This document shows, in pieces, positions 38,951 through 50,205 of a DNA stretch of 64,000 nt (the first letter of the stretch is position 1; each line of letters begins with the position of its first letter). Source of the DNA: Promethearchaeia archaeon (GTDB lineage Archaea > Asgardarchaeota > Lokiarchaeia > Sigyniarchaeales > SOKP01); NCBI GenBank assembly GCA_029856125.1, contig JAHQWJ010000062.1:96001-160000 (forward strand), written 5' to 3'. The notes beneath the pieces are model-generated. The model was given only the letters and a program-made list of their open reading frames with translations. It made no database searches and had not been told where the DNA came from. Made by a program: the position numbers and the translations under genes.

Positions 38951-41900
38951 TTGAGTTCTGAAAAAATATCCAATAACGACAAGTGGGTCGTATTAAAAAG
39001 CTTATTTGACGAAAAAGGTTTAGTTCGCCAGCACCTCGATTCTTACAATAGTTTTATTGAAGACGAAATGCAAGGCATCGTTAGTGAATCTGGCGAGGTT
39101 ATACCAGATATCCCAGGATTCAAAATCACTTTCGGGAAGATCAAGGTAGGAATACCAAAAGTTAGAGAGGCAGATGGTGCTACTATGGAAATCACGCCCA
39201 TTGAGGCTAGGATACGAGAGTTAAGTTATGCGGCAGATATTATCCTAGAAATGACTCCTATAACTATAGACGAACGAACTCAAAGGGAGGAAGCAGAAGA
39301 AACTTTAGATATTTACATTGGTAAGATTCCTATAATGCTAAAGAGTTGTCGATGCCCTTTGGAAAATTTGACTGAACAAGAATTAGTTAATCGAGGAGAA
39401 GATCCACTTGATCCAGGAGGATATTTTATCATAAATGGAACAGAGCGCGTACTGGTGACTCAAGAAGATTTAGCCCCTAATAGAATTTTGGCCGAAGAGG
39501 CAAGTCGAAGCTCGAGCGCCACGCACCAAGCAAAGGTTTTTTCGACGAGAAGTGGATTTCGAGCACCAGTAACCATTGAGAGAAAAAAAGATGGTAATTT
39601 AAGAGTTTCTTTTCCTTCGGTTCCTGGGAAGATTCCACTTGCGATATTAATGCGTGCTTTAGGATTACACTCGGATAGAGAAATTTTTGAAGCCATCTCG
39701 GAAAATGAAGATATCCAAAAAGAATTAATTCCAGTTATAGATGTTGCTTCCGAAATCCAGGTTTTAAAAGACTCTGAAAAATCCCAACAAAATTCATTAG
39801 ACTACATTGGAAAGAGAGTCGCAATTGGCCAAACAAAAGACTACCGTATTCGGAGAGCGCTTCAAGTTTTGGATCGGTATCTTTTACCTCACATTGGAAA
39901 TGCCGAAGAGGACCGTATCAAAAAAGCATATTACTTGGGACAAATGGCTCAAAAAGTTATGGAACTTAACTTAGGGCTTCGAGAAGCTGATGATAAAGAC
40001 CATTACGCTAACAAAAGGTTGAAATTAGCTGGAGAATTGTTCACTTCTCTTTTTAGAGTTGCGTTTCTAAACCTAGTAAAAGATATTAAATATCAATTAG
40101 AACGTACCGCGGTACGAGGAAGAGCGCCTAATATTAAAACTGCTGTGAGAGCAGACGTAATTACTGAAAGAATTAGGCACGCCTTAGCAACGGGTAACTG
40201 GGTTGGAGGAAAAGCTGGAGTTAGTCAATTATTAAACCGAACAAATCATGTAGGAACTTTAAGCCATTTAAGGAGAGTTATCTCTCCATTAAGCAGAAGT
40301 CAACCCCATTTTGAGGCGAGAGATTTGCATCCTACGCAGTGGGGGAAAATTTGTCCTGCAGAAACGCCAGAAGGACCAAATTGTGGGCTAGTTAAAAATC
40401 TTGGGCTTGCTTCAATAATTTCCGTTGGTGCTGACGAAAGAATTATAGAAAATATACTGTTTGATCTCGGAGTAATTCCAATAAGTGAAGTAAAAAGCAT
40501 AAAAGGAGAAAAAGTAAACATTTTTCTAAACGGAAAACTGGTTGGGATTCATCAAAAATATAATCCATTCACAAACCAACTTCGAGAAAAGAGGCGGAAA
40601 AGTGAAATTGGTGTACACGTTAATATTGGATATTATCACGATTCTAAAGAGGTGCAAATTAATTGTGACGCTGGACGAGCCACGCGACCCCTATTTATCA
40701 TAAAAAATAATGAATTGCTGATTACAAAGGAAGATATTGAAAAAATTAAGCAAGGTAAGTATAATTGGTCAGACTTAATTCAGAAAGGCGTTATAGAATA
40801 TTTAGACGCAGAAGAAGAAGAGAACGCCTATATTGCGATGTTTGAAGAAGATATTACCGCCGAACACACGCATTTAGAAATCTCCCCGGCTGCTATATTA
40901 GGAATTTGCGCGTCTATTATTCCATTTCCAGAACACAACCAGTCTCCCCGAAATACTTACGAAGCAGGAATGGTTAAACAAGCTTTAGGGCTATTCACGG
41001 CAAACATGCATCTTCGGCTTGATACGCGGGGCCATACGCTTCATTACCCACAAACACCGCTCGTTATAACTAGTCCAATGAAAATAATAGGCATAAATCG
41101 TAGACCTGCTGGACAAAATTTTATAATCGGGATGATGAGTTTTGAGGGATACAACATTGAAGACGCTATAGTAATTAACAAAGCCTCTATCGAGCGGGGA
41201 TTAGCTCGGAGTCATTTCTTTAGAACTTACGACGCCGAAGAAAGAAAATATCCGGGAGGAGAATTAGATAAATTTGAGATACCAGAGAGAGGCGTAAGAG
41301 GTTTTAAATCTGCTGAATCGTATAGATTACTATCTGAAGAAGATGGCATTATAGAACCTGAAACTACAGTTAATGGCGGTGATGTCCTTATCGGGAGAAC
41401 TTCACCTCCCCGGTTCATTAAATCCTACGAAGAATTTGAATTGATGCAGCCTAACAGACGGGAAACATCAAAAAACATGCGCCATAACGAAAAAGGCATT
41501 GTTGACACGGTTATAATTTCTGAAACCGTTGATGGAAACAAACTGGTAAAAATTAAAGTCAGAGATTTGCGCATTCCGGAGTTAGGAGATAAATTTTCTT
41601 CCAGACATGGACAGAAAGGAGTACTTGGATTAGTTCAACCAGCTGAAGATATGCCCTTCACATCTAGTGGTGTGATTCCAGATATTATTGTAAATCCTCA
41701 CGCAATGCCTTCACGAATGACGCTTGGACAACTTTTTGAAGGTATTAGTGGTAAAATAGCATGTTCAACCGGTAAATTAGGTGACGCAACTGCTTTCGAA
41801 TGGAAAGATATCACAAAACTCCAAGAACAATTGGTTGAAGCGGGATTTGAATTTAACGGTAGAGAAGTAATGTATAACGGTATTACGGGTAAAAAATATG

Positions 41901-42322
41901 AAGCTGGGATCTACTGCACCCCGATTTATTATCAGAAATTATATCACCTTGTTGCAGACAAACTCCACGCTAGGGCGAGAGGACCCGTTCAAATCTTAAC
42001 AAGACAACCAACAGAAGGTAGGGCAAGAGAAGGTGGGTTAAGATTTGGCGAAATGGAAAGAGATTGTTTAGTAGGGCACGGATCTGCTTTATTGCTAAAG
42101 GAGAGGCTTCTTGATGAATCCGATAGAACTGTTGTCTTAGTTTGCGAGAAGTGTGGGCTTCTTGCTGTTTACGATAGAAACAGAGATAAGAGATATTGTC
42201 CTGTGTGTGGGGAAGGGACTGTTATATCTAAGGTTGTATGCTCTTATGCCTTCAAACTACTTCTCCAAGAAATGATGTCTCTTGGATTAGCTCCTAGGCT
42301 CAAGTTGAAAGAAAAAATTTAA
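38951..42322 (+). CDS. rpoB: RNA polymerase subunit B (Rpo2, unsplit)
   Basis: GGYFIING, ETPEG.NCGL, GDKFSSRHGQKG, GGLRFGEMERD, Zn finger. Confidence 0.98.
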   Translation: MSSEKISNNDKWVVLKSLFDEKGLVRQHLDSYNSFIEDEMQGIVSESGEVIPDIPGFKITFGKIKVGIPKVREADGATMEITPIEARIRELSYAADIILEMTPITIDERTQREEAEETLDIYIGKIPIMLKSCRCPLENLTEQELVNRGEDPLDPGGYFIINGTERVLVTQEDLAPNRILAEEASRSSSATHQAKVFSTRSGFRAPVTIERKKDGNLRVSFPSVPGKIPLAILMRALGLHSDREIFEAISENEDIQKELIPVIDVASEIQVLKDSEKSQQNSLDYIGKRVAIGQTKDYRIRRALQVLDRYLLPHIGNAEEDRIKKAYYLGQMAQKVMELNLGLREADDKDHYANKRLKLAGELFTSLFRVAFLNLVKDIKYQLERTAVRGRAPNIKTAVRADVITERIRHALATGNWVGGKAGVSQLLNRTNHVGTLSHLRRVISPLSRSQPHFEARDLHPTQWGKICPAETPEGPNCGLVKNLGLASIISVGADERIIENILFDLGVIPISEVKSIKGEKVNIFLNGKLVGIHQKYNPFTNQLREKRRKSEIGVHVNIGYYHDSKEVQINCDAGRATRPLFIIKNNELLITKEDIEKIKQGKYNWSDLIQKGVIEYLDAEEEENAYIAMFEEDITAEHTHLEISPAAILGICASIIPFPEHNQSPRNTYEAGMVKQALGLFTANMHLRLDTRGHTLHYPQTPLVITSPMKIIGINRRPAGQNFIIGMMSFEGYNIEDAIVINKASIERGLARSHFFRTYDAEERKYPGGELDKFEIPERGVRGFKSAESYRLLSEEDGIIEPETTVNGGDVLIGRTSPPRFIKSYEEFELMQPNRRETSKNMRHNEKGIVDTVIISETVDGNKLVKIKVRDLRIPELGDKFSSRHGQKGVLGLVQPAEDMPFTSSGVIPDIIVNPHAMPSRMTLGQLFEGISGKIACSTGKLGDATAFEWKDITKLQEQLVEAGFEFNGREVMYNGITGKKYEAGIYCTPIYYQKLYHLVADKLHARARGPVQILTRQPTEGRAREGGLRFGEMERDCLVGHGSALLLKERLLDESDRTVVLVCEKCGLLAVYDRNRDKRYCPVCGEGTVISKVVCSYAFKLLLQEMMSLGLAPRLKLKEKI

Positions 42323-42416
42323 GTAAATCATCTTTTTTATACTCTATTTTATTGGTTGAAAAAAGAAGCTTTAATTACTATTGTATAGCTAAAATTTAAA
42401 AAAAAAAATAAGATAA

Positions 42417-42836
42417 TTAAAGTCCAAACCCTAAGAAATTATAAAGCTCTGGTATCATAGTATAGAGTAGAAACAGGAAAAACAGTGTCAATAGGGATAT
42501 CCACACAGACTGATCCCAAGGTATACTGATGAAAAATTTAGTTAAAACTAAAATTATTAGAAATCCGATGATTGGTGTTAACTGAGTTAAATAGTTTGAA
42601 CCACTAAAAGCTACTAAGTTACCTATTACTCCGAGCACTTGATTGATAGCTCCCAGAATTATTGGAATTATCAAAACAAAGATAAAAGCTAAGATTACTA
42701 TTACAAATTTTTTATCAGAAGCTTTAGTTTTTGATGCTATAAGTAATACCGATATGTATAGGATTAATGCGACAATGACAGTTGCTAAAATTAACCAAAG
42801 AATAAACATTAAAGTACTGTCTAGTTGAAATAACAT
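42417..42836 (-). CDS. Membrane protein (about 4 TM)
   Basis: Hydrophobic 139-aa ORF. Confidence 0.7.
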   Translation of the reverse strand: MLFQLDSTLMFILWLILATVIVALILYISVLLIASKTKASDKKFVIVILAFIFVLIIPIILGAINQVLGVIGNLVAFSGSNYLTQLTPIIGFLIILVLTKFFISIPWDQSVWISLLTLFFLFLLYTMIPELYNFLGFGL

Positions 42837-43018
42837 TTTTACGCTCCAATTAAATATTTGAGTATGTTTATTTTTAAATTAAGAAAAACATATTCTCCTT
42901 CTTTTATAAATATTTATTAAATAAAATATTGATTTTTAAGAGATAGCAACTAACTCTTAACAAGATTTAAGCCTTTTTGTATTAAAAGAAGGACAATCCG
43001 CAATTGCATCAAGCAGAA

Positions 43019-43246
43019 TTATATCCCAAACGTAATTAGGAAGAAGTGGAAAGAAAAACCCAACAATACCGCAGAAATACTGATTGAAATAATAGAGAGT
43101 TTAATGGATATTTCTCTGCCGTATCTTGTATAAACCACTAAAGTAGTCAAAGCTACTAATCCAAATATGAGAAAAATCCACGCTAATATCCATATTGGTA
43201 ACGAGGGAACTTGAAATCCGCCGACTTGCAGTAATATAAGTAACAT
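43019..43246 (-). CDS. Small membrane protein (2 TM)
   Basis: 75-aa hydrophobic ORF. Confidence 0.6.
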   Translation of the reverse strand: MLLILLQVGGFQVPSLPIWILAWIFLIFGLVALTTLVVYTRYGREISIKLSIISISISAVLLGFSFHFFLITFGI

Positions 43247-43356
43247 TAAAAATCGTATTTTATTTTTGTAGGTTGAATAAGATCTTATAATTTATTTTTT
43301 TTTAAGTTTATCAATCTGAATTTAAACTTATTAAAAAAGGGAAGATAAAAAGATAA

Positions 43357-44244
43357 TTATTCTGGTTTAGTAGAATAAAATACATTTTTTGCTTTCTTAA
43401 GGTAACTAATAAGGTAAGGCATGCCATTAAACTTATTTTTGAGAAATGTCAGCAACTCTTGAAATTCATACTTTCTGTGAAGAATTCCACTTCTGAGTAG
43501 AGAAAGTGTAAATAACACATAATTTTTTCTTAGGATTTCGAATTTTTTAGAAAATTTATTTGTTCTCCTATAACTTATGGATTCACTCATGAAATTAAGC
43601 ATGATTTTTTGTATATTATTATCTAATAACAATTTACTAAGTTGTAACGAAACGCTATGAACTGAAGTAAGATAGTATCTTTTGTTGAAGAAAAGGCATA
43701 TATAGAATCCAAATTTAAATACCGCTTTCGTAAATTCTATCATAGCTTTTGTAGAATCCTCCCTAATTTTGCTCTCTTTTAGACTTCTATCCAAATGATA
43801 AAGGCATCTAGCTAAAATATCGTTATAATCAAAATCAAAACTAAAAGGATCTGGAATTTGCTCTCTAATATCTTTTCCGTATAAAAGCTGAGAATTTTCT
43901 TTAAATTTTAAATCTATTAGGCTCCATTCATAATTTGCGAAGGATTCCTGAACGAAAAGCTTTTTTGTTTTTAGCCCTTGAATAGTGTTATATCCTATCC
44001 ATACGTTATGGTTATCAAATTTTCTAACTTCGTAACGAACATCAGTCCAATCGAGTTTCGTAATTTTATCCAAAGTAGATACTATTACAATTACATCAAT
44101 ATCAGTATTTCTCCAATCGGATGGAAGATTTTTATCAAAATAACTACCAATACCAAAGATGCTAATAATTTCGCCTTTTAAATTTGTCTGTAAATATTTA
44201 ATAATGCTTGTAGTTATGTTGTCTACTGCTTTGATTTTATTCAC
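43357..44244 (-). CDS. Nucleotidyltransferase-domain protein
   Basis: IFGIGSY...TDIDVIV Pol-beta NTase motif followed by a helical domain. Confidence 0.65.
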   Translation of the reverse strand: MNKIKAVDNITTSIIKYLQTNLKGEIISIFGIGSYFDKNLPSDWRNTDIDVIVIVSTLDKITKLDWTDVRYEVRKFDNHNVWIGYNTIQGLKTKKLFVQESFANYEWSLIDLKFKENSQLLYGKDIREQIPDPFSFDFDYNDILARCLYHLDRSLKESKIREDSTKAMIEFTKAVFKFGFYICLFFNKRYYLTSVHSVSLQLSKLLLDNNIQKIMLNFMSESISYRRTNKFSKKFEILRKNYVLFTLSLLRSGILHRKYEFQELLTFLKNKFNGMPYLISYLKKAKNVFYSTKPE

Positions 44245-44311
44245 TACTTATTGTATAAATTAAAATTTAAAGATATATTATCATAATAGATCTATATTAA
44301 CAAAAAAATAA

Positions 44312-45109
44312 ATGGTTCATTTAAAAATGCATTTTTTGAGCGAATTAGTTAAAAAACCCATTTTAGAAAATCCTTTTGAGCAACACTTAAACATCCATCG
44401 TCATTTTTACCGGTATTCTAAGGGAGTGTTTATTGGCCCTGCTTTAAAAATCTCCAAAACTAAAGCAAAAATTACTATGAAAGGTGCTCATGAATACGAA
44501 GATTTAATTTTAGAAGCAGTTACTACATCAATTTCTAATTCTCAGGAGAATTTCGAGATTAATGGAAAATTGATAAGTAGTAGCGATATAGCAAATGTTA
44601 TATCAGAATTGGGTTTAAACTGGGTTTTGAAAAAATCCACAGGTAAAACAAAAAATTATAAAGCAGAAATTGTCGATGAAATAAATAAGGATTTGTTGCT
44701 CCAAATTATTGATGTATTTCGAGAAAATTGCTATTTACTTTTATCGTATAACAGAAATGCAACTTGCAAAGTTACGACGAAAAAAAATATACCTCAGCCG
44801 TCGAAAAAAAAGGTAGAAGAAGACGATGTAAGCAAAAGAATACAGTTTTGCACTGGAGTGATCAATAATACAGACGCTAATCTCGAAATGCTAATAGATT
44901 TAGCAGCCCCTGATTTTAAATCAGAACTTCCGAATAATTGGAAATCAATTACAATACTTAACAATTATACCATAAACCAAATCGAGATTCCAGCAAACAT
45001 AAAAGATACTCGATTGTTAAGGATCATGGCAATAAGGAAAGGCAAGATGATTCGGTCACTTGATGTTGACGGCGACCTTATCGAAAAACAGTATTCTCTT
45101 GTAGTATAA
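44312..45109 (+). CDS. Hypothetical protein
   Basis: 265-aa ORF upstream of tfe. Confidence 0.7.
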   Translation: MVHLKMHFLSELVKKPILENPFEQHLNIHRHFYRYSKGVFIGPALKISKTKAKITMKGAHEYEDLILEAVTTSISNSQENFEINGKLISSSDIANVISELGLNWVLKKSTGKTKNYKAEIVDEINKDLLLQIIDVFRENCYLLLSYNRNATCKVTTKKNIPQPSKKKVEEDDVSKRIQFCTGVINNTDANLEMLIDLAAPDFKSELPNNWKSITILNNYTINQIEIPANIKDTRLLRIMAIRKGKMIRSLDVDGDLIEKQYSLVV

Positions 45110-45212
45110 TGAAATGAACCTTTTGGTTCTTTTTAATACAATTCATAAAATTTAACTTTTATAATGGACTAAAATTTGTAATAAATAGTGAAATCATAGG
45201 AGATAGAACAAA

Positions 45213-45794
45213 ATGAAGGATTTAAGCCCATTATTAAGGACCTTTTTATTCGTTATAGCTGGAGACATCGCTATCGAGGTCGGTATAGAATTATTGAATT
45301 CTGAAGAAGAAGATATCACAGATGAGGGAATAACGGAAAATATTAAAGCACGCATAAAAGAGTTAAATCCTGAAATAGTTTTTGAAGAAAACGGTGTTGA
45401 AGTTTTAAAATTAAATACGGTTCGTAAAACGCTCTACAAGTTGTATAGTGGGAAATTAGCTCAATTTAGGAGAATACGAGATAAATCTACGGGCTGGTTT
45501 ATATATTATTGGTGGCATGAATTTGACTTATTCGATGAAATTCTAAATGATAAAAAGAGACTGGTTGAGACAAAACTAAGGGAACGGTTAAAGTTCGAGG
45601 AAACTAATTACTTTTTTGTATGTAAGAATTGTCAAGATTCGACCTTAAAATATAACTTTGACTCGGCTTTTGAATTAAATTTTAAATGCCCTGATTGTAG
45701 TGGTCCATTAGAAGCTCAAGATAATCAAGAAGTGATTCAATTTCTAAAAGAAAAAATTGTTTTAATTGAACACCTTGATTTATCAGTTAATTAG
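45213..45794 (+). CDS. tfe: Transcription factor E alpha
   Basis: TDE..LNTVRKTLYKL, RD..TGWFIYYW, CKNC..F..A.E.NFKCPDC. Confidence 0.92.
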   Translation: MKDLSPLLRTFLFVIAGDIAIEVGIELLNSEEEDITDEGITENIKARIKELNPEIVFEENGVEVLKLNTVRKTLYKLYSGKLAQFRRIRDKSTGWFIYYWWHEFDLFDEILNDKKRLVETKLRERLKFEETNYFFVCKNCQDSTLKYNFDSAFELNFKCPDCSGPLEAQDNQEVIQFLKEKIVLIEHLDLSVN

Positions 45795-45913
45795 ATAGAG
45801 TTAGATTTTTCTTAGAACCCTAGATTTAATCTATCCATCATAAAACGGTATGCTAAGCTTAAGATATTTAACAATTTACTTCTGATTTCTAAAAATTTAA
45901 TATTGTTAGATTA

Positions 45914-46450
45914 TCACTTCTTTCTTCTCTTCACAATAGCAATATCCCCTAAAGAAGAACTACTAGATTTCTTCATATACTTATTCTGCGTGGTACTAGG
46001 ATCAATTTCGTCTACTTTTTTGACTAAAGTAATTTCATACACTTGTTCAATTTTCTTGGCTAATTTAATAGTGGGTTCAACTTTTCCTGCTTCGATTCTC
46101 CGAAGTAATGATGGTTTTTCATTTAATTTTTGAGCAAATTGATCTTGATTTAATCCACGAGAGTTGCGAGCTTTTCTGATCCTAGTAACATAGTCAGTCA
46201 CTATTTCTAAACCATCGTCAATTTGTCTATTATACGCTTTTTTCTTGGTAGGGAAATTAGGTTTAGCATAGTTTTGTTTGACCATGTCGTTAGTTCTAGA
46301 AACTTTTTTGATTTTAACACCGTACTGGGCACAACTTTGACATACAGTGATTTTCGCTCCTTCTATTAAGACTTTTTGCCCGCGCCCCCATATTTTTCCA
46401 CCGCAAATAGGGCATTCCTTCTCAAATTGATTCGACATTTTTTTCGACAT
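45914..46450 (-). CDS. mbf1: Multiprotein bridging factor aMBF1
   Basis: CPICG..IEGA..VCQSC Zn ribbon, HTH IRKAR..QDQFAQKL..IEAG, SLGD. Confidence 0.92.
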   Translation of the reverse strand: MSKKMSNQFEKECPICGGKIWGRGQKVLIEGAKITVCQSCAQYGVKIKKVSRTNDMVKQNYAKPNFPTKKKAYNRQIDDGLEIVTDYVTRIRKARNSRGLNQDQFAQKLNEKPSLLRRIEAGKVEPTIKLAKKIEQVYEITLVKKVDEIDPSTTQNKYMKKSSSSSLGDIAIVKRRKK

Positions 46451-46691
46451 AAACCTACATTACATTCATTAGTTTTCAAGGAACGGAACTACATATTATG
46501 ATTGGGAAAAAGAACTCTTATATTTTTTGATTTTTAGACAAAGCTCGTTATAATTTATAATCCAAAAATTTTTTAAAACTCATGTTCTTTCTGATATTAG
46601 CGTATTACCTTAAGTTTAAATGACTACATTGTTATTATTATTTTAGGTAATACTTTCAAAATAATTATGTTAAAGATGGGGATTTAATTAC

Positions 46692-47903
46692 TTGACAAAG
46701 GCCACAGAGAGCAGAAAAAAAAAGGAAGAAACAAAAGATGAAGAATATTTAATTACCTATACCAGACATCTAGAAAAAAGGCTAAGAAATTTAGAAACTG
46801 AAAAACAGTTACTAGATGCTGAGCGCTTAAGGTTAGAACAGGAGTTAAGCAGTTTACGAAATGAGATAGATAGGTTAAGAGAACCACCTTTAGTATCAGC
46901 TACTGTAATAGATATGCTAGAAGATTCCGGGAAAGTAATCGTGAAAAGTTCTACCGGCCCTAGCTTTGTCGTCAACCCGAGTAGGAAAGTAAAAAACGAG
47001 AATTTAACTCCTGGGATGAGAGTAGCATTAAATCAGAGAACATTTGCTATTATGGAAATCTTACCAACAAAATTAGACCCCTTTGTTAAAGGAATGGAAG
47101 TTATTGATGAAATCCCAGATATATCGTACGAGGACGTAGGCGGACTGGACGATCAAATTTTGGAAGTTCGTGAAACCGTTGAGTTACCGCTATTAAAACC
47201 AGAGCTGTTTAAAAAGGTAGGAATTGATCCCCCTAAAGGAGTTTTACTTTACGGTCCACCGGGAACTGGCAAAACTCTAGTAGCAAAAGCCGTTGCACAC
47301 GAAACAGAGGCAACATTCATTAGAATTATAGGTTCGGAACTAGTACAAAAATTTATAGGAGAAGGTGCTCGTTTAGTAAGAGAAATTTTTAATTTAGCGA
47401 AACAGAAAGCCCCGACAATTTTATTTATAGACGAATTAGACGCCATCGGGTCTCAGAGATTAAAGATCGCAACATCTGGGGATCGGGAAGTACAGCGAAC
47501 ATTAATGCAACTATTAAGCGAGTTAGACGGATTTGGAGAACGCGGAGATATCAAAATAATTGGCGCTACAAATCGAATTGATATCTTAGATCCCGCTTTA
47601 TTAAGACCAGGAAGGTTTGATCGCATGATCGATTTTCCCGTGCCTGATGAGAAAGCAAGAGAATCGATTTTTAATATACACTCAAGAAATCTAAACATTG
47701 AAGGTGAGGTTAAATTTAAGAATTTAGTCAATTTAACTGAAGGTGCTACTGGAGCAGATATTAAAGCTATTTGTACTGAAGCTGGAATGTTCGCGATTAG
47801 AAAAAACAAAGAAGTAATCGTGAAGGACGATTTTATAGAAGCGGTAAATAAAGTTATGAGTAAGATGAGAGACAATGCGGTTCAGTCGAGGCTATACACC
47901 TAG
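46692..47903 (+). CDS. pan: Proteasome-activating nucleotidase
   Basis: Coiled coil, OB fold, [32 protein letters not shown]-terminal HbYX motif LYT. Confidence 0.96.
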   Translation: MTKATESRKKKEETKDEEYLITYTRHLEKRLRNLETEKQLLDAERLRLEQELSSLRNEIDRLREPPLVSATVIDMLEDSGKVIVKSSTGPSFVVNPSRKVKNENLTPGMRVALNQRTFAIMEILPTKLDPFVKGMEVIDEIPDISYEDVGGLDDQILEVRETVELPLLKPELFKKVGIDPPKGVLLYGPPGTGKTLVAKAVAHETEATFIRIIGSELVQKFIGEGARLVREIFNLAKQKAPTILFIDELDAIGSQRLKIATSGDREVQRTLMQLLSELDGFGERGDIKIIGATNRIDILDPALLRPGRFDRMIDFPVPDEKARESIFNIHSRNLNIEGEVKFKNLVNLTEGATGADIKAICTEAGMFAIRKNKEVIVKDDFIEAVNKVMSKMRDNAVQSRLYT

Positions 47904-47973
47904 CTATATTTAGCCAAACATATTTATTACCGCCAACTTTATTTTTCATTAAATCTTTTGTAAGTCAATCAAT

Positions 47974-48471
47974 ATGGATATTAAATTCATTTTGGCTTTA
48001 AGAAAAGTTAAAGCTATTTGCGATTACCAATTTGGGCAAGCGATAACTGATATTTTGTTCGAAGACGAAAGCGAGATTCATTTTATTTTTTCCAGAAACA
48101 CAGGAAAAATAAAACATATTTACCGCGAGAATAATTTATTGCTTAATTTAAGACCTACGAATGGATTTTTCACACTTAGTCTTTTTTCAGCAGAAAGAAT
48201 AATCAATAGCACTCCCTCACCTAAACATAGGGCAGTTGTTATGAGTGAAATCTCAGAATTCATTAGAAAAGGTCGAAATGTCTTTTGTAAGCACATAGTT
48301 GATATCGATATTACATTAAGACCCAACGATGAGGTCATCGTAGTTGATCAAAGCAACGATTTATTAGCAATTGGTAGATTAGTGATTCCAGTCCCATACG
48401 TTAAGAGTTTTCAAACAGGAATTGCACTAAAAATAAGGAAAGGAATAGGTAAATCTAAATTTTTATCTTAA
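47974..48471 (+). CDS. PUA-domain RNA-binding protein
   Basis: DYQFG, GRNVFCKH, RPNDEV.VV..LLAIG. Confidence 0.85.
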   Translation: MDIKFILALRKVKAICDYQFGQAITDILFEDESEIHFIFSRNTGKIKHIYRENNLLLNLRPTNGFFTLSLFSAERIINSTPSPKHRAVVMSEISEFIRKGRNVFCKHIVDIDITLRPNDEVIVVDQSNDLLAIGRLVIPVPYVKSFQTGIALKIRKGIGKSKFLS

Positions 48472-48495
48472 TTATATTAGTATAAGATATAACAT

Positions 48496-48993
48496 TTGGA
48501 GATGTTGAAAATAATGGTAAAATTGCCAAAAGAAATGCAAAAAAAAGAAAAAAGCAAACCAACTCGCCCCCAAGCAACTAAGAAGAGAGAGGGTCAGCAA
48601 TTTGCTTCCAGACAAATGCGTCGCCGAATGCAGCAACAAGGGATTAACATGGATCAGATCGATGCAACGCGAGTTATAATCGAAAGTCATGATAAAACCT
48701 TGGTGATCGATCAGCCAGAGGTAATCTTAATGAAACAGATGGGTCAGGAGATGTATCAAATCATTGGCGATGCAGAAGAATATGCCTCAGGAGAATTTAC
48801 AATTGAAGATAGAGAAGAAGTAGAGAGTGTTGAACCAACGGAAGAGAGCATTTCTAAACCTGTTATTACCGAAAATGATATCATGCTAGTAGCCGCTCAA
48901 GCAAAGGTGGATAAAAAAGAGGCTAATGCGGCGTTAATTGATAGTGACGGAGATATTGCTAAAGCTATTATATATCTAAAAAACAAACCATAA
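48496..48993 (+). CDS. nac: Nascent polypeptide-associated complex protein
   Basis: MRRRMQQQGI, YQIIG, C-terminal UBA (DI.LV..Q..A..AL..DGDIAKAI). Confidence 0.92.
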   Translation: MEMLKIMVKLPKEMQKKEKSKPTRPQATKKREGQQFASRQMRRRMQQQGINMDQIDATRVIIESHDKTLVIDQPEVILMKQMGQEMYQIIGDAEEYASGEFTIEDREEVESVEPTEESISKPVITENDIMLVAAQAKVDKKEANAALIDSDGDIAKAIIYLKNKP

Positions 48994-49079
48994 AATTCGC
49001 AACACATACCTTTGGAAAAAAAAAAGTATTAAGAATCATAAACCATTCCATTTTTTATAACTACTATGGTATAAACATC

Positions 49080-49433
49080 ATGTCAAAAGTAAAGAAAAAA
49101 TCAACTAGATTAGATGGAGGCTTATCACAAGAAGATCTAATATTTGAAAAAATTATTTATTTTTCGGGGTGGATTTTTTTACTAATCTTACTTGTATATC
49201 TCGGAGCGTTTTTGGTTTTTGACTTTATGTTTGGGTTTATTGAATTGGAGCTAAACGCATCAAATTTTAGCGTGATCATTTTCACGGGAACTAATACTGC
49301 AATAAGTTTTGCTCTCGCAACTAGAATTAAAAAAAATAGAGATCAAAAAAAGAAATTGTTTGTTGATTGGTTGAAGGGCGAATTTCTGTTTTGCGTGATC
49401 GCGATTCTAGTTGTTGCTGCTTACCAATGGTAG
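49080..49433 (+). CDS. Membrane protein (about 3 TM)
   Basis: 117-aa hydrophobic ORF. Confidence 0.65.
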   Translation: MSKVKKKSTRLDGGLSQEDLIFEKIIYFSGWIFLLILLVYLGAFLVFDFMFGFIELELNASNFSVIIFTGTNTAISFALATRIKKNRDQKKKLFVDWLKGEFLFCVIAILVVAAYQW

Positions 49434-49458
49434 ATCCCTATTACTATTGATTGAATGA

Positions 49459-49797
49459 CTACTTATAATCATCTCTTGAAGGACTAAATACATCTATAAC
49501 CTCTGAATTTTCTAAGATTGTAGCTCCATGTTTTTCATTTGATTCAAAAACGTAACTATCGCCGGCTCCTACGACAAAATTTCCTTTTTCAGTTTCGAAT
49601 TGTAACTTTCCTGTTATCACGTAACCTATTTGATGCTCTTTATGAGAGTGTAAAGGTACGTACGAATTTTTATCTAACGAAAAATAACATAGCATCATGT
49701 TGTTATTATACACTAAAGTTTTCCTGTAAATTCCAGGTAGCATTTCAATAGCATTAACAGAATTTTTACTTACTGGTTTTTTGCTCATATTAAACAC
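49459..49797 (-). CDS. Cupin-domain protein
   Basis: PLHSHKEHQ.GYV..G, GDS......H, DVFSP.R.DY. Confidence 0.88.
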   Translation of the reverse strand: MFNMSKKPVSKNSVNAIEMLPGIYRKTLVYNNNMMLCYFSLDKNSYVPLHSHKEHQIGYVITGKLQFETEKGNFVVGAGDSYVFESNEKHGATILENSEVIDVFSPSRDDYK

Positions 49798-50205
49798 ATT
49801 TTATTTTTGATTACTTCGACTTTTTCTGTATTTGTAATCGTAGTTAATCGTTATTAAATCTAGTAGAGATCAATTAAAAATTACAAAATCGGGAAAGACG
49901 ACTATTTTAATAGATTGCGTGAAATATCGAGGATAATAATTACCCGAATGAAATTTTCGAAAGGAATAGAGATTGTTCTGTGAATGTTCTTGCTGGGTAT
50001 TTAAGTTTTGAGTAAAATATTAATAGAGTAACTTTATAACGGAAAAAAAAATACATTTTTATATCAAAAGAGGCAAAGTATAAACGATAAGAAATATTCG
50101 TTAAGGGTATTGTTTCGGTTCAGAGCGCCGACAAAAATTTTAGACTTTAAATCTAATCATATACCTTTATCACTTTATTTAGGAATACTAAACTAAAAAA
50201 AAATA

